The notes: generated by a model from the letters alone, not told the origin. Counted from the first letter of the stretch, positions 30,635-40,754 are shown. The stretch: DNA of 64,000 nt from Thermoplasmata archaeon (GCA_039794005.1 JBAMMA010000001.1:1-64000), one strand, 5' to 3'. Made by a program: numbers and translations.

Positions 30635-31410
30635 ATTGAAAGAATATCCAAAATTCTTTTTCTTTCCGAAGAATTTAGATCCTTTTTTTCCATAATTAAA
30701 TATCTAGCGTTGCTTTTTTTGAACATCTGGATCAATAGATTTTCGTTTATGTCCTTTGCATGATATTTTGGTGCCATATGTCCAAATGATACCTTTTTTG
30801 TTATTGCTAATTTTGTAAATCTTGGAGCGTAATGGCCACCTCCTATACCAATTGATATTATATTATCATTTGTTTCTAATCCATCCATTATTGATTTCAT
30901 CAATATTTTACCCGCATCTTTATTTTTATAATCTTCATCAGAAGATCCAATTTCGATGAAAAACCCCTTACCATCAATATATGGTCCATGATGGGTTACC
31001 TCAAAGTTAACATTAAAATTATTCAGTGTGTTGTATTCATTTAGTTTTAATAGTAAACCGGTCAATAATCTTGAATTTACCGGAATTAATTCATAATCTT
31101 TTCCACCCATTTCTGCTTTCCCAAAATTTCCAAATGGATGTACAGTTAAACATTTTATTCCCGTTTCACTCTTATGTTTAGATATAAAAATATAATTTTC
31201 AAAATCAATTTTAGATGAAAATTTTATTCTTTCGTCAATGTTATTCGCATACAAAAAATTTTCATTTATTACAAAAATATAGAAATTTCCAAATTCATAA
31301 TAAACATTGTTGCAACATTCACCTTTTTCTATTAGACTGGAATATTCCTTCATTTGGTTTAAAACATTCATTGATGCGTTATCCATTGTTGAAAAAATCA
31401 AAGCATTCAT
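30583..31410 (-). CDS. dtdA: D-aminoacyl-tRNA deacylase (archaeal DTD2/GEK1)
   Basis: SKHKS, LTVHPFGN, EVTHHGP, FIEIGS, GIGGGHYAP. Confidence 0.95.
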   Translation of the reverse strand: MNALIFSTMDNASMNVLNQMKEYSSLIEKGECCNNVYYEFGNFYIFVINENFLYANNIDERIKFSSKIDFENYIFISKHKSETGIKCLTVHPFGNFGKAEMGGKDYELIPVNSRLLTGLLLKLNEYNTLNNFNVNFEVTHHGPYIDGKGFFIEIGSSDEDYKNKDAGKILMKSIMDGLETNDNIISIGIGGGHYAPRFTKLAITKKVSFGHMAPKYHAKDINENLLIQMFKKSNARYLIMEKKDLNSSERKRILDILSIYKDFELLDPDSLEERS

Positions 31411-31482
31411 GATGTGTAAAATAAAATGTTATTTAAAAATTTATCAGAAAAATTTCTATTTTTATTTTTCAAATATCTAATA

Positions 31483-32064
31483 ATGAAACTTACACAGTAT
31501 AAACAAAATGTAAGATGTATAGGGTTTGATGATTTTCCTTTCAATAGGAATAGCAAACATACACATATTCTGGGTACAGTGATGAGAGCATCGGGATACA
31601 TTGATGGATTTGTATACAAAATCATTGAAATTGATGGTTTAGATTCTACTGAAAAAATTATAAAATCCATAAAATCAAGATATAAAGATCAATTAAAATG
31701 CATATTTACACATGGATTAACATTCGGTGGATTTAATGTGGTAGATTCTAAGAAAATATACGAAAATTTGGGAATTCCACTCATTGCCATAACAAAAAAA
31801 GAACCGAATATGGAAAATGTTAAAAATGCACTTATGAAACACTTCTTAGATTGGAATGTAAGATACTATATTTTAAATATTCCAGAGAAAGAAAATTTAA
31901 AAATTAACAATGGAAAAATTTTCTTACAATACTATGGAATCAGTTTGGAAGATGCTGAAAAATTGATAAAAATGTTTACAAAGAGTGGTACAATACCCGA
32001 ACCTATACGAATATCACACCTGATTGCTACATCAATTAAATTTGGTAATTCCAAGGGATTTTAA
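31483..32064 (+). CDS. DUF99 family (endonuclease V-like / endonuclease dU)
   Basis: IGFDDFPF, DGLDST, GLTFGGFNVVD, PEPIRISHLIA. Confidence 0.88.
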   Translation: MKLTQYKQNVRCIGFDDFPFNRNSKHTHILGTVMRASGYIDGFVYKIIEIDGLDSTEKIIKSIKSRYKDQLKCIFTHGLTFGGFNVVDSKKIYENLGIPLIAITKKEPNMENVKNALMKHFLDWNVRYYILNIPEKENLKINNGKIFLQYYGISLEDAEKLIKMFTKSGTIPEPIRISHLIATSIKFGNSKGF

Positions 32065-32600
32065 TAATAGTCCAAGGATCTATAGACAAGCTCTGCCCTC
32101 TTTTCCTTTAGGAATCTATAAATTGTTGAATGTTTGCTTCCCTGTAATAACATTTCTATTGATTTTCTTGCGAGTTCAATTTCTTCATATGTTCCGATTA
32201 TTGAAACGGAATGTCCGTATACGGAAATATAAGTTCCTGATAATTCTTCTATGGTTTTTCTTGCTTTTCCATTTTCTCCTATTATTCTCGCCTTTGCATT
32301 TCTAATTCTCTTTTCATTCTTCTTATAGTATTCCTTTAAGTTTATGGTTTCAAAGTAGACATCCTCTTCCCATATTTTGAATGCTCTTTGTGGCGAAAAT
32401 CCTCTAGCTATTGCCCTTACAACCATTTCTGCCTTTAAAGACATCAAAGCGTCCGCATTTGAATCATCTATTTCAACATCACCACTATGGGAATCTATGT
32501 ACAATTTTACGTTTGCCTTTTTTTCTATCAATTCTTTAATTTCTCCTTTTGTTCCAATCAATACACCAATTCTATTTTTTGGAACAGTCTGATATCTCAT
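32061..32600 (-). CDS. KH-domain ribosome biogenesis protein Pno1/Dim2
   Basis: RIGVLIGTKG, AIARGFSP, RIIGENGKARKTIEE. Confidence 0.94.
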   Translation of the reverse strand: MRYQTVPKNRIGVLIGTKGEIKELIEKKANVKLYIDSHSGDVEIDDSNADALMSLKAEMVVRAIARGFSPQRAFKIWEEDVYFETINLKEYYKKNEKRIRNAKARIIGENGKARKTIEELSGTYISVYGHSVSIIGTYEEIELARKSIEMLLQGSKHSTIYRFLKEKRAELVYRSLDYY

Positions 32601-33388
32601 TTAAATATCCCCCATTGAATGTTATTTTTTATATCATTTTCATCTATTTTAAGACCTTTTCTATTAAAAAATTTTACTATATTCTTAATATCTTTATTCA
32701 ATAATTCAATTGCCAACGGGTGGTTAATTGGCAATGCCTGAGAAACATCTATAAAATATGCTTTATTCTTATCTATTACTATATTATATTCGCTCAAATC
32801 TCCATGAACTAGATGTGCCTTATTTACCATATTAAAAATGTTATTTTTAATTTGTTCATATATTTCATATAAATTTTCACCCCTGTAGTCCTTTAAAATT
32901 GGAGAAATCGTTTTAGAAGTTCCTAGATATTGCATCAGCAAAGTGTTTCCCTTAAAAATTATAGGTTTTGGTACTATAACACCATTATTGTAGCATTCAG
33001 TTAAATTTCTAAATTCCTTTTGTGTCCAAACATAAATTAATCCTAGCTTGTTCCTTTTTATGGATTGAAATCTATAGTCACCCTCCATATATTTTATCAT
33101 CGAATTAAATGTAGATGTGGAAATCCTATAAATTTTTAAGGCATAGTATCTCCTTCCTTTCTTGGCCCTAAAAATATTAGCCTCCTTACCAATTTTTATG
33201 GGAAAATCTATTAAATCTATATAGTCATGTGTCATTAAATAATATATATTCATTACAGTTTTTCTGTCAAATACGTCATTCTCTACCTTTAATTTATCAT
33301 AGTCATTCTCAATTCTCTCAAATTTAATTCTATCTCGAACAAAATTAAAAGCCTCGTCGTAATTAATATCCTCCTTTTCCGAGAACAT
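32597..33388 (-). CDS. rio1: RIO1-family serine/threonine kinase
   Basis: GKEANIF, ALKIYR, KEFRNL, LVHGDLSEYNI, IDVSQA. Confidence 0.95.
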   Translation of the reverse strand: MFSEKEDINYDEAFNFVRDRIKFERIENDYDKLKVENDVFDRKTVMNIYYLMTHDYIDLIDFPIKIGKEANIFRAKKGRRYYALKIYRISTSTFNSMIKYMEGDYRFQSIKRNKLGLIYVWTQKEFRNLTECYNNGVIVPKPIIFKGNTLLMQYLGTSKTISPILKDYRGENLYEIYEQIKNNIFNMVNKAHLVHGDLSEYNIVIDKNKAYFIDVSQALPINHPLAIELLNKDIKNIVKFFNRKGLKIDENDIKNNIQWGIFK

Positions 33389-33716
33389 CTAAAATCTCCG
33401 GTAATTTTTTATTTTTACTTAACCAATATACCTGTGTTGGTGTGTATCTATATACAATATCTCCTTTTTCATCCTGAAAATCCCAGGGTTTTACAATTAC
33501 TAAATCTCCCTCTTTTATCCATATCCTCTTCTTAATTTTCCCAGGGACTCTACACTGTCTTGATTTTCCATCTTCACACATTACAATCATTCTAGCAGCA
33601 CCTAGCATTTTATCTACAATCCCAAACATTTCACCATTCTCTTTTTTTGGCAGAGGTACCCTTTCAATATTTTCCTCTATAGATTCCTCGTCAATATTAT
33701 TTTCATCATCATTCAT
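33363..33716 (-). CDS. eif1a: Translation initiation factor 1A
   Basis: MLGA, CEDGKSR, RIWIKEGDLV, PWDFQ, YRYT. Confidence 0.97.
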   Translation of the reverse strand: MNDDENNIDEESIEENIERVPLPKKENGEMFGIVDKMLGAARMIVMCEDGKSRQCRVPGKIKKRIWIKEGDLVIVKPWDFQDEKGDIVYRYTPTQVYWLSKNKKLPEILDVLGKGGY

Positions 33717-33810
33717 TGTTAATTTATTAAATTACATTGATATTTAACTTTATCGATTAGAAGATCTAAATCACAAAATATTAAAATAATTTATTGATAT
33801 TTATAAATTT

Positions 33811-34386
33811 ATGGTAAAATGCCCTGTGTGTGGTACTGAAAATCCAGATAATGCTATATTCTGCTTTAAATGCGGGTATAGATTTTCTGATAATGTTGAA
33901 ATGGAATCAGATAAGAGGGAATTAGAAGAAAATAAAAAGGAGAAATTAGAAAATTCAAATTTATTAGATGAGAAGTATAAAAAAATATATATTAATGCAT
34001 CCATTGCGTTCAGTTTTTCTTTAATATCTCTTTTAATTTTTTTAATTTTAACTACATTAAAAATTGCATCATTAATATATTTAATTTCTATGTTAAGTTA
34101 TTATGAATATATGGGAAATTTTAAAAACATTTATTATTCGGTTATATTAATAGATGTAATTTTAATAATAGTTTTTTTAATATTCCTGATAGGATCTATT
34201 ATAATGTTTTTGAGAAATTATGTGATATACCAAAAATTCATATCAAAAAATTTTAAGGAATGTTATAATCAAATTACTGAAAGTACAATTATTTTGTCAT
34301 TGATATTCGGTTTAATTGTAACAGGATTATTTTTAATATTTTTAAAGTTTGACCTAGAAGAATATATCAAATCATTAAATTTATAA
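33811..34386 (+). CDS. Zinc-ribbon-containing membrane protein
   Basis: N-terminal CPVCGTENPDNAIFCFKCG, charged linker, about 3 TM segments. Confidence 0.75.
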   Translation: MVKCPVCGTENPDNAIFCFKCGYRFSDNVEMESDKRELEENKKEKLENSNLLDEKYKKIYINASIAFSFSLISLLIFLILTTLKIASLIYLISMLSYYEYMGNFKNIYYSVILIDVILIIVFLIFLIGSIIMFLRNYVIYQKFISKNFKECYNQITESTIILSLIFGLIVTGLFLIFLKFDLEEYIKSLNL

Positions 34387-35217
34387 ATATTTTGGCCTTG
34401 TTTTCATGTATATTTCCTTTAGTGAATTTTCATCCACATGGGTATATATCTGTGTAGTTGAAATACTGGAATGGCCTAACAGTTGTTGTATAAATCTTAT
34501 GTCTGCACCGTTTTTAAGTAAGGTAGTGGCAAATGTATGCCTAAATGTGTGTGGTGTAACTTTTTTCGTTATTCCAGCCAGCTTAACATATTTTTTAACG
34601 ATCCTCTCTATATGTGTTGATGTAATCCTCATTTTTTTCTTACTTATAAACAAAGGTCCGGAAAACCTCTTTTCATTTTTCAAATATTCTTTTATTAATT
34701 CTATTACCTTTGGATCAATTATTACAATTCTATCCTTATCCCCCTTTCCTGATTTTATATGTATTATGTTATCATAAAAATCTATGTCTTCTATATTTAA
34801 AGAAACAAGTTCACTTACTCTTAATCCTGTATATGCTAAAGTCATCAAAATTACATAATCCCTAAAATTTGATTTTGATTTTTCCAATATTGCGGACATC
34901 TCCATTTCATTTAAATAGGAAGGTAACTTCTTTGATCTTTTAGGGGTATTTAATTTAGTTAAATCATTTCTTTTCATAAATTTAAAAAATGATTGCAATG
35001 CTTTCATGGATAAATATATGGATTGCTTGCTCATGTTTTTGTTAATTGATAGATATTCCTTATAATTTTCAATATCTTCAATGGTAATTTTTCCAATATC
35101 TTTACCATTTGTAAATTCCAAAAATTCTTTTACCAATGAAATGTATGTTTTAACCGTATTCTTACTTTTTTTCTCTCCCATCAAATAATTCTGAAATCTG
35201 TTTATAATATCTGTCAT
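34381..35217 (-). CDS. xerA: Tyrosine recombinase XerA
   Basis: TGLRVSEL, GKGDKDR, TPHTFRHTFAT, LLGHSSISTTQIYTHV; catalytic R-K-H-R-H-Y intact. Confidence 0.9.
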   Translation of the reverse strand: MTDIINRFQNYLMGEKKSKNTVKTYISLVKEFLEFTNGKDIGKITIEDIENYKEYLSINKNMSKQSIYLSMKALQSFFKFMKRNDLTKLNTPKRSKKLPSYLNEMEMSAILEKSKSNFRDYVILMTLAYTGLRVSELVSLNIEDIDFYDNIIHIKSGKGDKDRIVIIDPKVIELIKEYLKNEKRFSGPLFISKKKMRITSTHIERIVKKYVKLAGITKKVTPHTFRHTFATTLLKNGADIRFIQQLLGHSSISTTQIYTHVDENSLKEIYMKTRPKYL

Positions 35218-35285
35218 ACAAATGTCTTATTATTATTTTAATATAAAAGTTTTCTCTGTTGATTATCCAAAATATAAAAATACTA

Positions 35286-35370
35286 TGCAGGGGGAGGGAT
35301 TTGAACCCTCGAAGTCCTACAACACGGGATCTTAAGTCCCGCTCCTTTGGCCAGGCTCGGATACCCCTGC
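35286..35370 (-). tRNA. tRNA-Leu(TAA)
   Basis: Reverse strand GCAGGGG...CGGGA-CT-TAA-GA-TCCCG, long variable arm, GGTTCAAATCC, CCCCTGCA; 85 nt. Confidence 0.95.
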
Positions 35371-36240
35371 CTATTTTTCCAATTTTTTCTTCAATAGCTC
35401 TGGAATGTCTTGCGGATAATTTGCAACTTCAACTCCTGCCTCGTTTAATGTTTTTATTTTTGATTCTGCAGTTCCCTTCCCTCTTGTAATTATTGCTCCT
35501 GCATGTCCCATCCTTTTTCCAGGTGGTGCACTTCTACCAGCTATGTAAGCAACAACAGGCTTTTTAAATTCATTCTTTATGTATTCAGCAGCCTCTTCTT
35601 CAGCTGTTCCACCAATTTCTCCTACCATCACTACTGCCTTTGTCTGCCTCTCTTTCTTTAATTCTGACAGTACATCCACAAAGCTTAATCCAACTATAGC
35701 ATCTCCACCTAGACCTATTACAGAACTTTCACCCATTCCAGCATCCGTTATTGATTTTACAATTTCATACGTAAGTGTACCAGACCTGGAGATAACCGCA
35801 ATGTTTCCTTTTCTAAATATGTGATTTGGCATAATGCCAATTTTTGTTTTTTCATGAACTACGGTAATTCCCGGTCCATTTGGTCCAATAACTATTGTAT
35901 TTTTAAGTTTTGCATCATTTATCATTTCCATAGAATCGTGTACAGGAACATGCTCTGTTAGAATGTAAATTATTTTAATGCCATGGTCTAATGCTTCATA
36001 AAATGCATCTTTCACATAAGGGGCAGGTACCGATATCATGGTGGCTTCAGGTTCTAAATGAAGGGTTTCTTCGACAGAATCAAAAACAGGTACTCCATTT
36101 ACCTTTGTACCACCTTTCCCCGGTGAAACTCCACCAACAACATTTGCTCCAAATTTTATCATTTCATTACTATGGAATGAAGCCTGATGACCAGTAATTC
36201 CTTGCACAATTATTTTTGTATCCTTCTTAATATAGACCAT
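35371..36240 (-). CDS. sucD: Succinyl-CoA synthetase alpha subunit
   Basis: VQGITG, SRSGTLTYE, GEIGG, RMGHAGA phospho-His. Confidence 0.96.
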   Translation of the reverse strand: MVYIKKDTKIIVQGITGHQASFHSNEMIKFGANVVGGVSPGKGGTKVNGVPVFDSVEETLHLEPEATMISVPAPYVKDAFYEALDHGIKIIYILTEHVPVHDSMEMINDAKLKNTIVIGPNGPGITVVHEKTKIGIMPNHIFRKGNIAVISRSGTLTYEIVKSITDAGMGESSVIGLGGDAIVGLSFVDVLSELKKERQTKAVVMVGEIGGTAEEEAAEYIKNEFKKPVVAYIAGRSAPPGKRMGHAGAIITRGKGTAESKIKTLNEAGVEVANYPQDIPELLKKKLEK

Positions 36241-36245
36241 TTTTT

Positions 36246-37361
36246 TCACCCCTTAATAATGCTATTATATATTTCAGATACCTTCTTAACACTATCTGGC
36301 ATATTTGAAAATGCATCTATGCCATTTTCCTTTAGTATTTGTCTTCCCTCTTCCTCATGTACTCCACTCAGCCTTACCACAATTGGAATATTTATATTAA
36401 ATTCTTTCTTGGCCATTACTATACCTTGAGCTACAGTGTCGCATTTAGTAACACCACCAAATATGTTTACAAATATTATTTTAGGATTTGCTTTTAAAAC
36501 AAGAGGAAATGCATTTTTAACGATATCGACGTTATCCGTTCCACCCAAATCCAAGAAATTTCTAGGTTTAAGACCATGTAAAAGAAGAGAATCCAATGTG
36601 GCCATTGTCAATCCTGCTCCATTTGCTAATACACCAATATCTCCATCCAATTCTACAAAGGAATAGTTTGCCTCTCTTGCAATTTTTTCCAATTCTGTTA
36701 AATCGTCCAAATTAATTGGAATATCTGGATGTCTAAACATTGAATCGCTATCAATTATCACTTTTGCATCTGCAGCTATCAAATTTCCCTCTTTTGTTAT
36801 AACTAAAGGATTTATTTCCACAAGCTCTGCATCGTATTCTTCAAATAATTTATACATCTTACTCAAAAGATCTGAAAATTGCTTCGCAAGATTATCTTTT
36901 AATCCCAATTTTTTCGTTAAAATCTTTGATATATATGGGTAATATCCATGAATTGGATCTACATGCTTCATAAATATTTTTTCCTCTGCAACGCTCTCAA
37001 TTTCAACTCCACCCTCATTACTTGCCATTATCAATGGCCTCCTTTTGCTTCTATCTATGGTAATTGAAACATACAATTCTTTATCAATATTTAATTTCCT
37101 TTCAATTAAAATATATTTAACCTTACTATTTTTTATTGTTTGAGAAAACAGGTCTTTTGCGAGATTGATTGCTTCTTCCTTGTTGTTGGCAAATTTAATT
37201 CCACCAGCCTTTCCTCTTCCACCAACTAAAACCTGAGCTTTTAATGCTGCTGGAAAAATATTATCTCCAATTTCCTCAGGTTTGCTAATTACATATCCAT
37301 CAGGAACCGGAATCCCATATTTTTTAAATAATTCTTTTCCTTGAAATTCATATAAATTCAT
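36246..37361 (-). CDS. sucC: Succinyl-CoA synthetase beta subunit
   Basis: LYEFQGK, KAQVLVGGRGKAGG, EINPL, NGAGLTMAT, NFLDLGG. Confidence 0.96.
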   Translation of the reverse strand: MNLYEFQGKELFKKYGIPVPDGYVISKPEEIGDNIFPAALKAQVLVGGRGKAGGIKFANNKEEAINLAKDLFSQTIKNSKVKYILIERKLNIDKELYVSITIDRSKRRPLIMASNEGGVEIESVAEEKIFMKHVDPIHGYYPYISKILTKKLGLKDNLAKQFSDLLSKMYKLFEEYDAELVEINPLVITKEGNLIAADAKVIIDSDSMFRHPDIPINLDDLTELEKIAREANYSFVELDGDIGVLANGAGLTMATLDSLLLHGLKPRNFLDLGGTDNVDIVKNAFPLVLKANPKIIFVNIFGGVTKCDTVAQGIVMAKKEFNINIPIVVRLSGVHEEEGRQILKENGIDAFSNMPDSVKKVSEIYNSIIKG

Positions 37362-37422
37362 CAATATCACCTTTTATACCAAAAAGGAATATTTAAATAA
37401 ATAATTTTTCATATACTTTAAA

Positions 37423-37710
37423 ATGGTTGTAAAAGATAAAATAGGAAGAAAAAGATACATAATATTATATGAAACGCCAAATTTTAATTCATTCTTAAGG
37501 CATATAAATGTTAAATCTAATATGAATGTTAAGATAGTTTATAGGGAAAACAAATTCTTAATTTTGCGTATAAATCATAAATTAAAGGAAAAATTATTAA
37601 ATTTAGCTAAAGAATATAATATTATAACAATAAAAACTACTGGAACAATTAAAAAAGCAAAAAAATTAATCAAAAATTATGAACGAATTAAAAATAAATT
37701 ATTTTTATAA
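37423..37710 (+). CDS. rnp2: Probable RNase P protein component 2 (Pop5/Rpp14 family)
   Basis: N-terminal GRKRYI, central ILRINH, C-terminal TTGTIKKAK; small and basic. Confidence 0.7.
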   Translation: MVVKDKIGRKRYIILYETPNFNSFLRHINVKSNMNVKIVYRENKFLILRINHKLKEKLLNLAKEYNIITIKTTGTIKKAKKLIKNYERIKNKLFL

Positions 37711-37761
37711 TTTAATTTTTTTTTAAAAAATATTTTGTAAAACAATTACTTAATTTTTATC

Positions 37762-38949
37762 ATGTTAGATAATGTTTATGTTATCGAACTCGAAGATGAT
37801 GAAATAAAAGAAGAAATGAAAAAGATTGGTGTTGCGAATGAAGGAATTGAAATCATGCATTCAAAATCAAAATTTTATTTATTAAAAATAGAAAAGGTAC
37901 CATTAAAAGATGCCATAATATTGAAACAGGAAGCATTAAGTCTAGGAATGGATTGTGCATTGTCATGGAATGTCGTTTCATTAAAAACCGAATATTCAGA
38001 TGCACTGCTATTCGGGACTTTAAAACAATTCGACTTTTTAGCTAAAAAGATGTATATTCAGCCATTTCATGGGAGGGAAATTTCAGAATTAATTAATGAA
38101 TCCATTTACAATTATAATTTAAAGTTTAAGAAATGGAAAATGAAAGATAAATCTATAGAAATTAAGAATGTTAAAGTTATGGGTATTTTGAACATAACAC
38201 CAGATTCATTTTATGATGGAGGAGAATATTTTGAAAAAGAAAATGCAATTAAGAGAATTAAAGAAATGGTCGATGAGGGAGCTGATATAATAGATATAGG
38301 TGCAGAGAGTTCTAGGCCTGGATCGAAATCAATTGATGCTGACACAGAAATAAATAGATTAAAAAATGTAATTGATGATGCAGTATCAACAGGAATTCCG
38401 ATCTCAGTTGATACATATAAAAGTAAAGTTGCAGAATTTGTTTTAGAACATGGAGCCCAGATAATCAATGATATTTATGGTTTAAGAAAAGAGGGAATGG
38501 CAGAAATAATAAAAAGATACAGTGCTGGAATAATAATAATGCATATGAAGGGAAATCCAGAAAACATGCAGGAAAATCCCACATACAATGATGTATTATC
38601 AGAAACATTATCATTTTTAAAAGAAAGAATTAGGTATGCAATAAATGAGGGGATAAAGATTGATCAGATTTCCGTTGATCCCGGTATTGGATTTGGAAAA
38701 AATCTGGAACACAATATTGCAATTTTAAAACACTTGGAAATATACAAAAGTTTAGGAGTACCGATCACTTTGGGTCTTTCCAGGAAAAGTTTCTTGGGTA
38801 AATTAACTGGTTTAAATGTTGAAGAAAGACTCATTCCATCCATAGCATCAGCAATGTTTGCAGTTTTTAAGGGTGTTGATATACTGAGGGTTCATGATGT
38901 AAAAGAGACAAAAATTGCATTAAAGGTAATTGAAGGGATAATGAAATGA
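37762..38949 (+). CDS. folP: Dihydropteroate synthase with ~130-aa N-terminal extension
   Basis: VMGILNITPDSFYDGG, DIGAESSRPG, SVDT, DPGIGFGK, SRKSF, RVHDV. Confidence 0.95.
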   Translation: MLDNVYVIELEDDEIKEEMKKIGVANEGIEIMHSKSKFYLLKIEKVPLKDAIILKQEALSLGMDCALSWNVVSLKTEYSDALLFGTLKQFDFLAKKMYIQPFHGREISELINESIYNYNLKFKKWKMKDKSIEIKNVKVMGILNITPDSFYDGGEYFEKENAIKRIKEMVDEGADIIDIGAESSRPGSKSIDADTEINRLKNVIDDAVSTGIPISVDTYKSKVAEFVLEHGAQIINDIYGLRKEGMAEIIKRYSAGIIIMHMKGNPENMQENPTYNDVLSETLSFLKERIRYAINEGIKIDQISVDPGIGFGKNLEHNIAILKHLEIYKSLGVPITLGLSRKSFLGKLTGLNVEERLIPSIASAMFAVFKGVDILRVHDVKETKIALKVIEGIMK

Positions 38950-39350
38950 AATGCCCAGTTTGTTTACTAGAACAGAAACATTACGAAGGTGAAAAAGTTC
39001 ATGTCTGTCCATATTGTGATGCTATTTTAATATGGAGAGAAAATCGATATGTGAGATGGGAATCTGAAAAATGGTGGATTTCACATAGAAAACATGAAAG
39101 TTTAGGAGCACTTGAAACAGAATCCATGATATTCGAATTTAATTTTAAAGAAGTTTGGTATTTGAACAATTCATATAAATTGATTAAAAGAGAAAATGAA
39201 AGAAATGTAAAAAATGAAGAACATGTAAAATGGGTAGAGGGCATAATACCGCTTCTTCTTTTGCCAGGTTCTTCAATAAAGTATGAAATTAATGAAAATG
39301 AAATTATATTGCAAGACAGAGAGGAGTCATTTATTTTTAAGAGAATATAG
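38946..39350 (+). CDS. Hypothetical zinc-ribbon protein (possibly DUF4178-like)
   Basis: CPVC...CPYC; WVEGIIP motif; ATGA overlap with folP stop. Confidence 0.55.
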   Translation: MKCPVCLLEQKHYEGEKVHVCPYCDAILIWRENRYVRWESEKWWISHRKHESLGALETESMIFEFNFKEVWYLNNSYKLIKRENERNVKNEEHVKWVEGIIPLLLLPGSSIKYEINENEIILQDREESFIFKRI

Positions 39351-39866
39351 AAGATCCTCTACCTTTTTTCTAAAATCCTCTAAAGTACCGTCATTTATTA
39401 TAAATAGGTCGGCCATTGCTATGACACTTCCTAATCCCCAATTTAATTCTCTCTCTTCCCTCTCTTTAAATTCATTTAGCGTTTTTGCATCATCCTCCCT
39501 GCCCCTTTTTTTTATTCTTTCAAATCTATCGCTTTCAGAAGATAGAATGGCCACTACTTTAATATTGTTTCCAAAATGTTTTTTAAAATATTCTATTTCT
39601 TCTTTATTTCTCACACCATTAATTACAATATCCTTTTTATCCTTTATTTTTTCCACTGTTCTTTTAGCCCAAACATCCATTCCATGTATTTTTCTTTCTT
39701 CATTTGCAATTTTACCTACATTTTGATTATTGAGATCCAAACCTTTTAATTTTGTATATTCCCTGACAATATCTCCCATACTAACTATTTCCATTCCCAT
39801 TTCTTTAGCCTTTTTTACAAATTCATCCTTTCCAGCTCCAGGCATTCCAACAATTATAATTATCAC
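39327..39866 (-). CDS. UPF0200 nucleotide kinase-like protein (putative archaeal dephospho-CoA kinase)
   Basis: GMPGAGK, SMGDIVRE, GVR, RGREDD, RELNWG, NDGT. Confidence 0.85.
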   Translation of the reverse strand: MIIIIVGMPGAGKDEFVKKAKEMGMEIVSMGDIVREYTKLKGLDLNNQNVGKIANEERKIHGMDVWAKRTVEKIKDKKDIVINGVRNKEEIEYFKKHFGNNIKVVAILSSESDRFERIKKRGREDDAKTLNEFKEREERELNWGLGSVIAMADLFIINDGTLEDFRKKVEDLLYSLKNK

Positions 39867-39890
39867 AAAAATAATAAAAATATAAATAAA

Positions 39891-40286
39891 TTAAAATTTT
39901 TCCATGATCTCTTTTATTTTATTTATATACCAATCTGGAATTTCAATGGGTTCAAACTTATCATTTATTGCAACTATTACAATGTTTCCAAAGGCAGAAA
40001 GTCTATTTTTTGTTTCATTAAAAATTTGAAATTCCATTTTAATGTGTTTTTTACCAATTTCTTTAATATCCATTGTAATTTCAGCTATTTCCAAGAATCT
40101 TAATGGATATTTGTAATTACATTCAGCATGTACTCTGGGGAATGATATTCCTGGCGTATTTAATTTATAAAAAATTCTAAATTCTTCTTCTGTCCTTTCA
40201 CATATTCTAAAAAAGTTAGAGAAATGCATTACTCCTAATGCATCTGTATCAACCCATGAAATTCTATATTTATATTTAAATGACAT
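39891..40286 (-). CDS. Hotdog-fold acyl-CoA thioesterase (YbgC/4HBT family)
   Basis: WVDTDALGVMHFSNF, CNYKYPLRF. Confidence 0.9.
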   Translation of the reverse strand: MSFKYKYRISWVDTDALGVMHFSNFFRICERTEEEFRIFYKLNTPGISFPRVHAECNYKYPLRFLEIAEITMDIKEIGKKHIKMEFQIFNETKNRLSAFGNIVIVAINDKFEPIEIPDWYINKIKEIMEKF

Positions 40287-40704
40287 TTTCTCTCTTAATT
40301 CTTTCAAAATTTTTCTTTAAAATTTCCATTAACTCTTTAATTTCCCAGTTATCTCCAACCATTTCATTAATCTGACTTTCAAATGTGGAAACATTGAATC
40401 CCAATGGTAGGTTTTTTAAAAAATTTTTAATATCCTGGACGATTGGATATTTACCACCAGAATATCTGTATATTAAATACAAAGGGACAAATGCTCTTTC
40501 ATAATCTTCGATCATCATATAATCTCCATGCAATTTATTCAGTATGACTAATAATTTATCTATCTCTGAATCTAAAAATTGGCTTGATATTATTATTCTC
40601 AAGATTTCATCAAGATTTTTCTTTGCTTCTTCGACCTTTTTTTCCTCAATTAATTTTCTGACGCTTCTTTCATATTTAGCCAAATAATCTGCTAAATCAA
40701 ACAT
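40276..40704 (-). CDS. Hypothetical all-helical protein, paralog of 45769-46200
   Basis: Full-length alignable: AKKNLDE/AKKYLDE, LLVILNK/LLVILKK, DIKNFLKNLP/DVKNLLKNIP, VGDN/VGNN. Confidence 0.75.
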   Translation of the reverse strand: MFDLADYLAKYERSVRKLIEEKKVEEAKKNLDEILRIIISSQFLDSEIDKLLVILNKLHGDYMMIEDYERAFVPLYLIYRYSGGKYPIVQDIKNFLKNLPLGFNVSTFESQINEMVGDNWEIKELMEILKKNFERIKRENVI

Positions 40705-40754
40705 TCATCTCAACCTATTCAATTTTTGAAGAATATGAATATCTTATAATTTAT

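Noticed and set aside
33811-35370. Tyrosine recombinase beside a tRNA 3' end as an integrated virus or island
   Set aside because: The protein looks like compact housekeeping XerA. No duplicate of the tRNA-Leu 3' end (att) was seen by eye, and core genes (eIF1A, rio1) follow after one gene.
35259-35489. 76-aa ORF (CRGRDLNPR...)
   Set aside because: It is the antisense translation of tRNA-Leu and the sucD 3' end.
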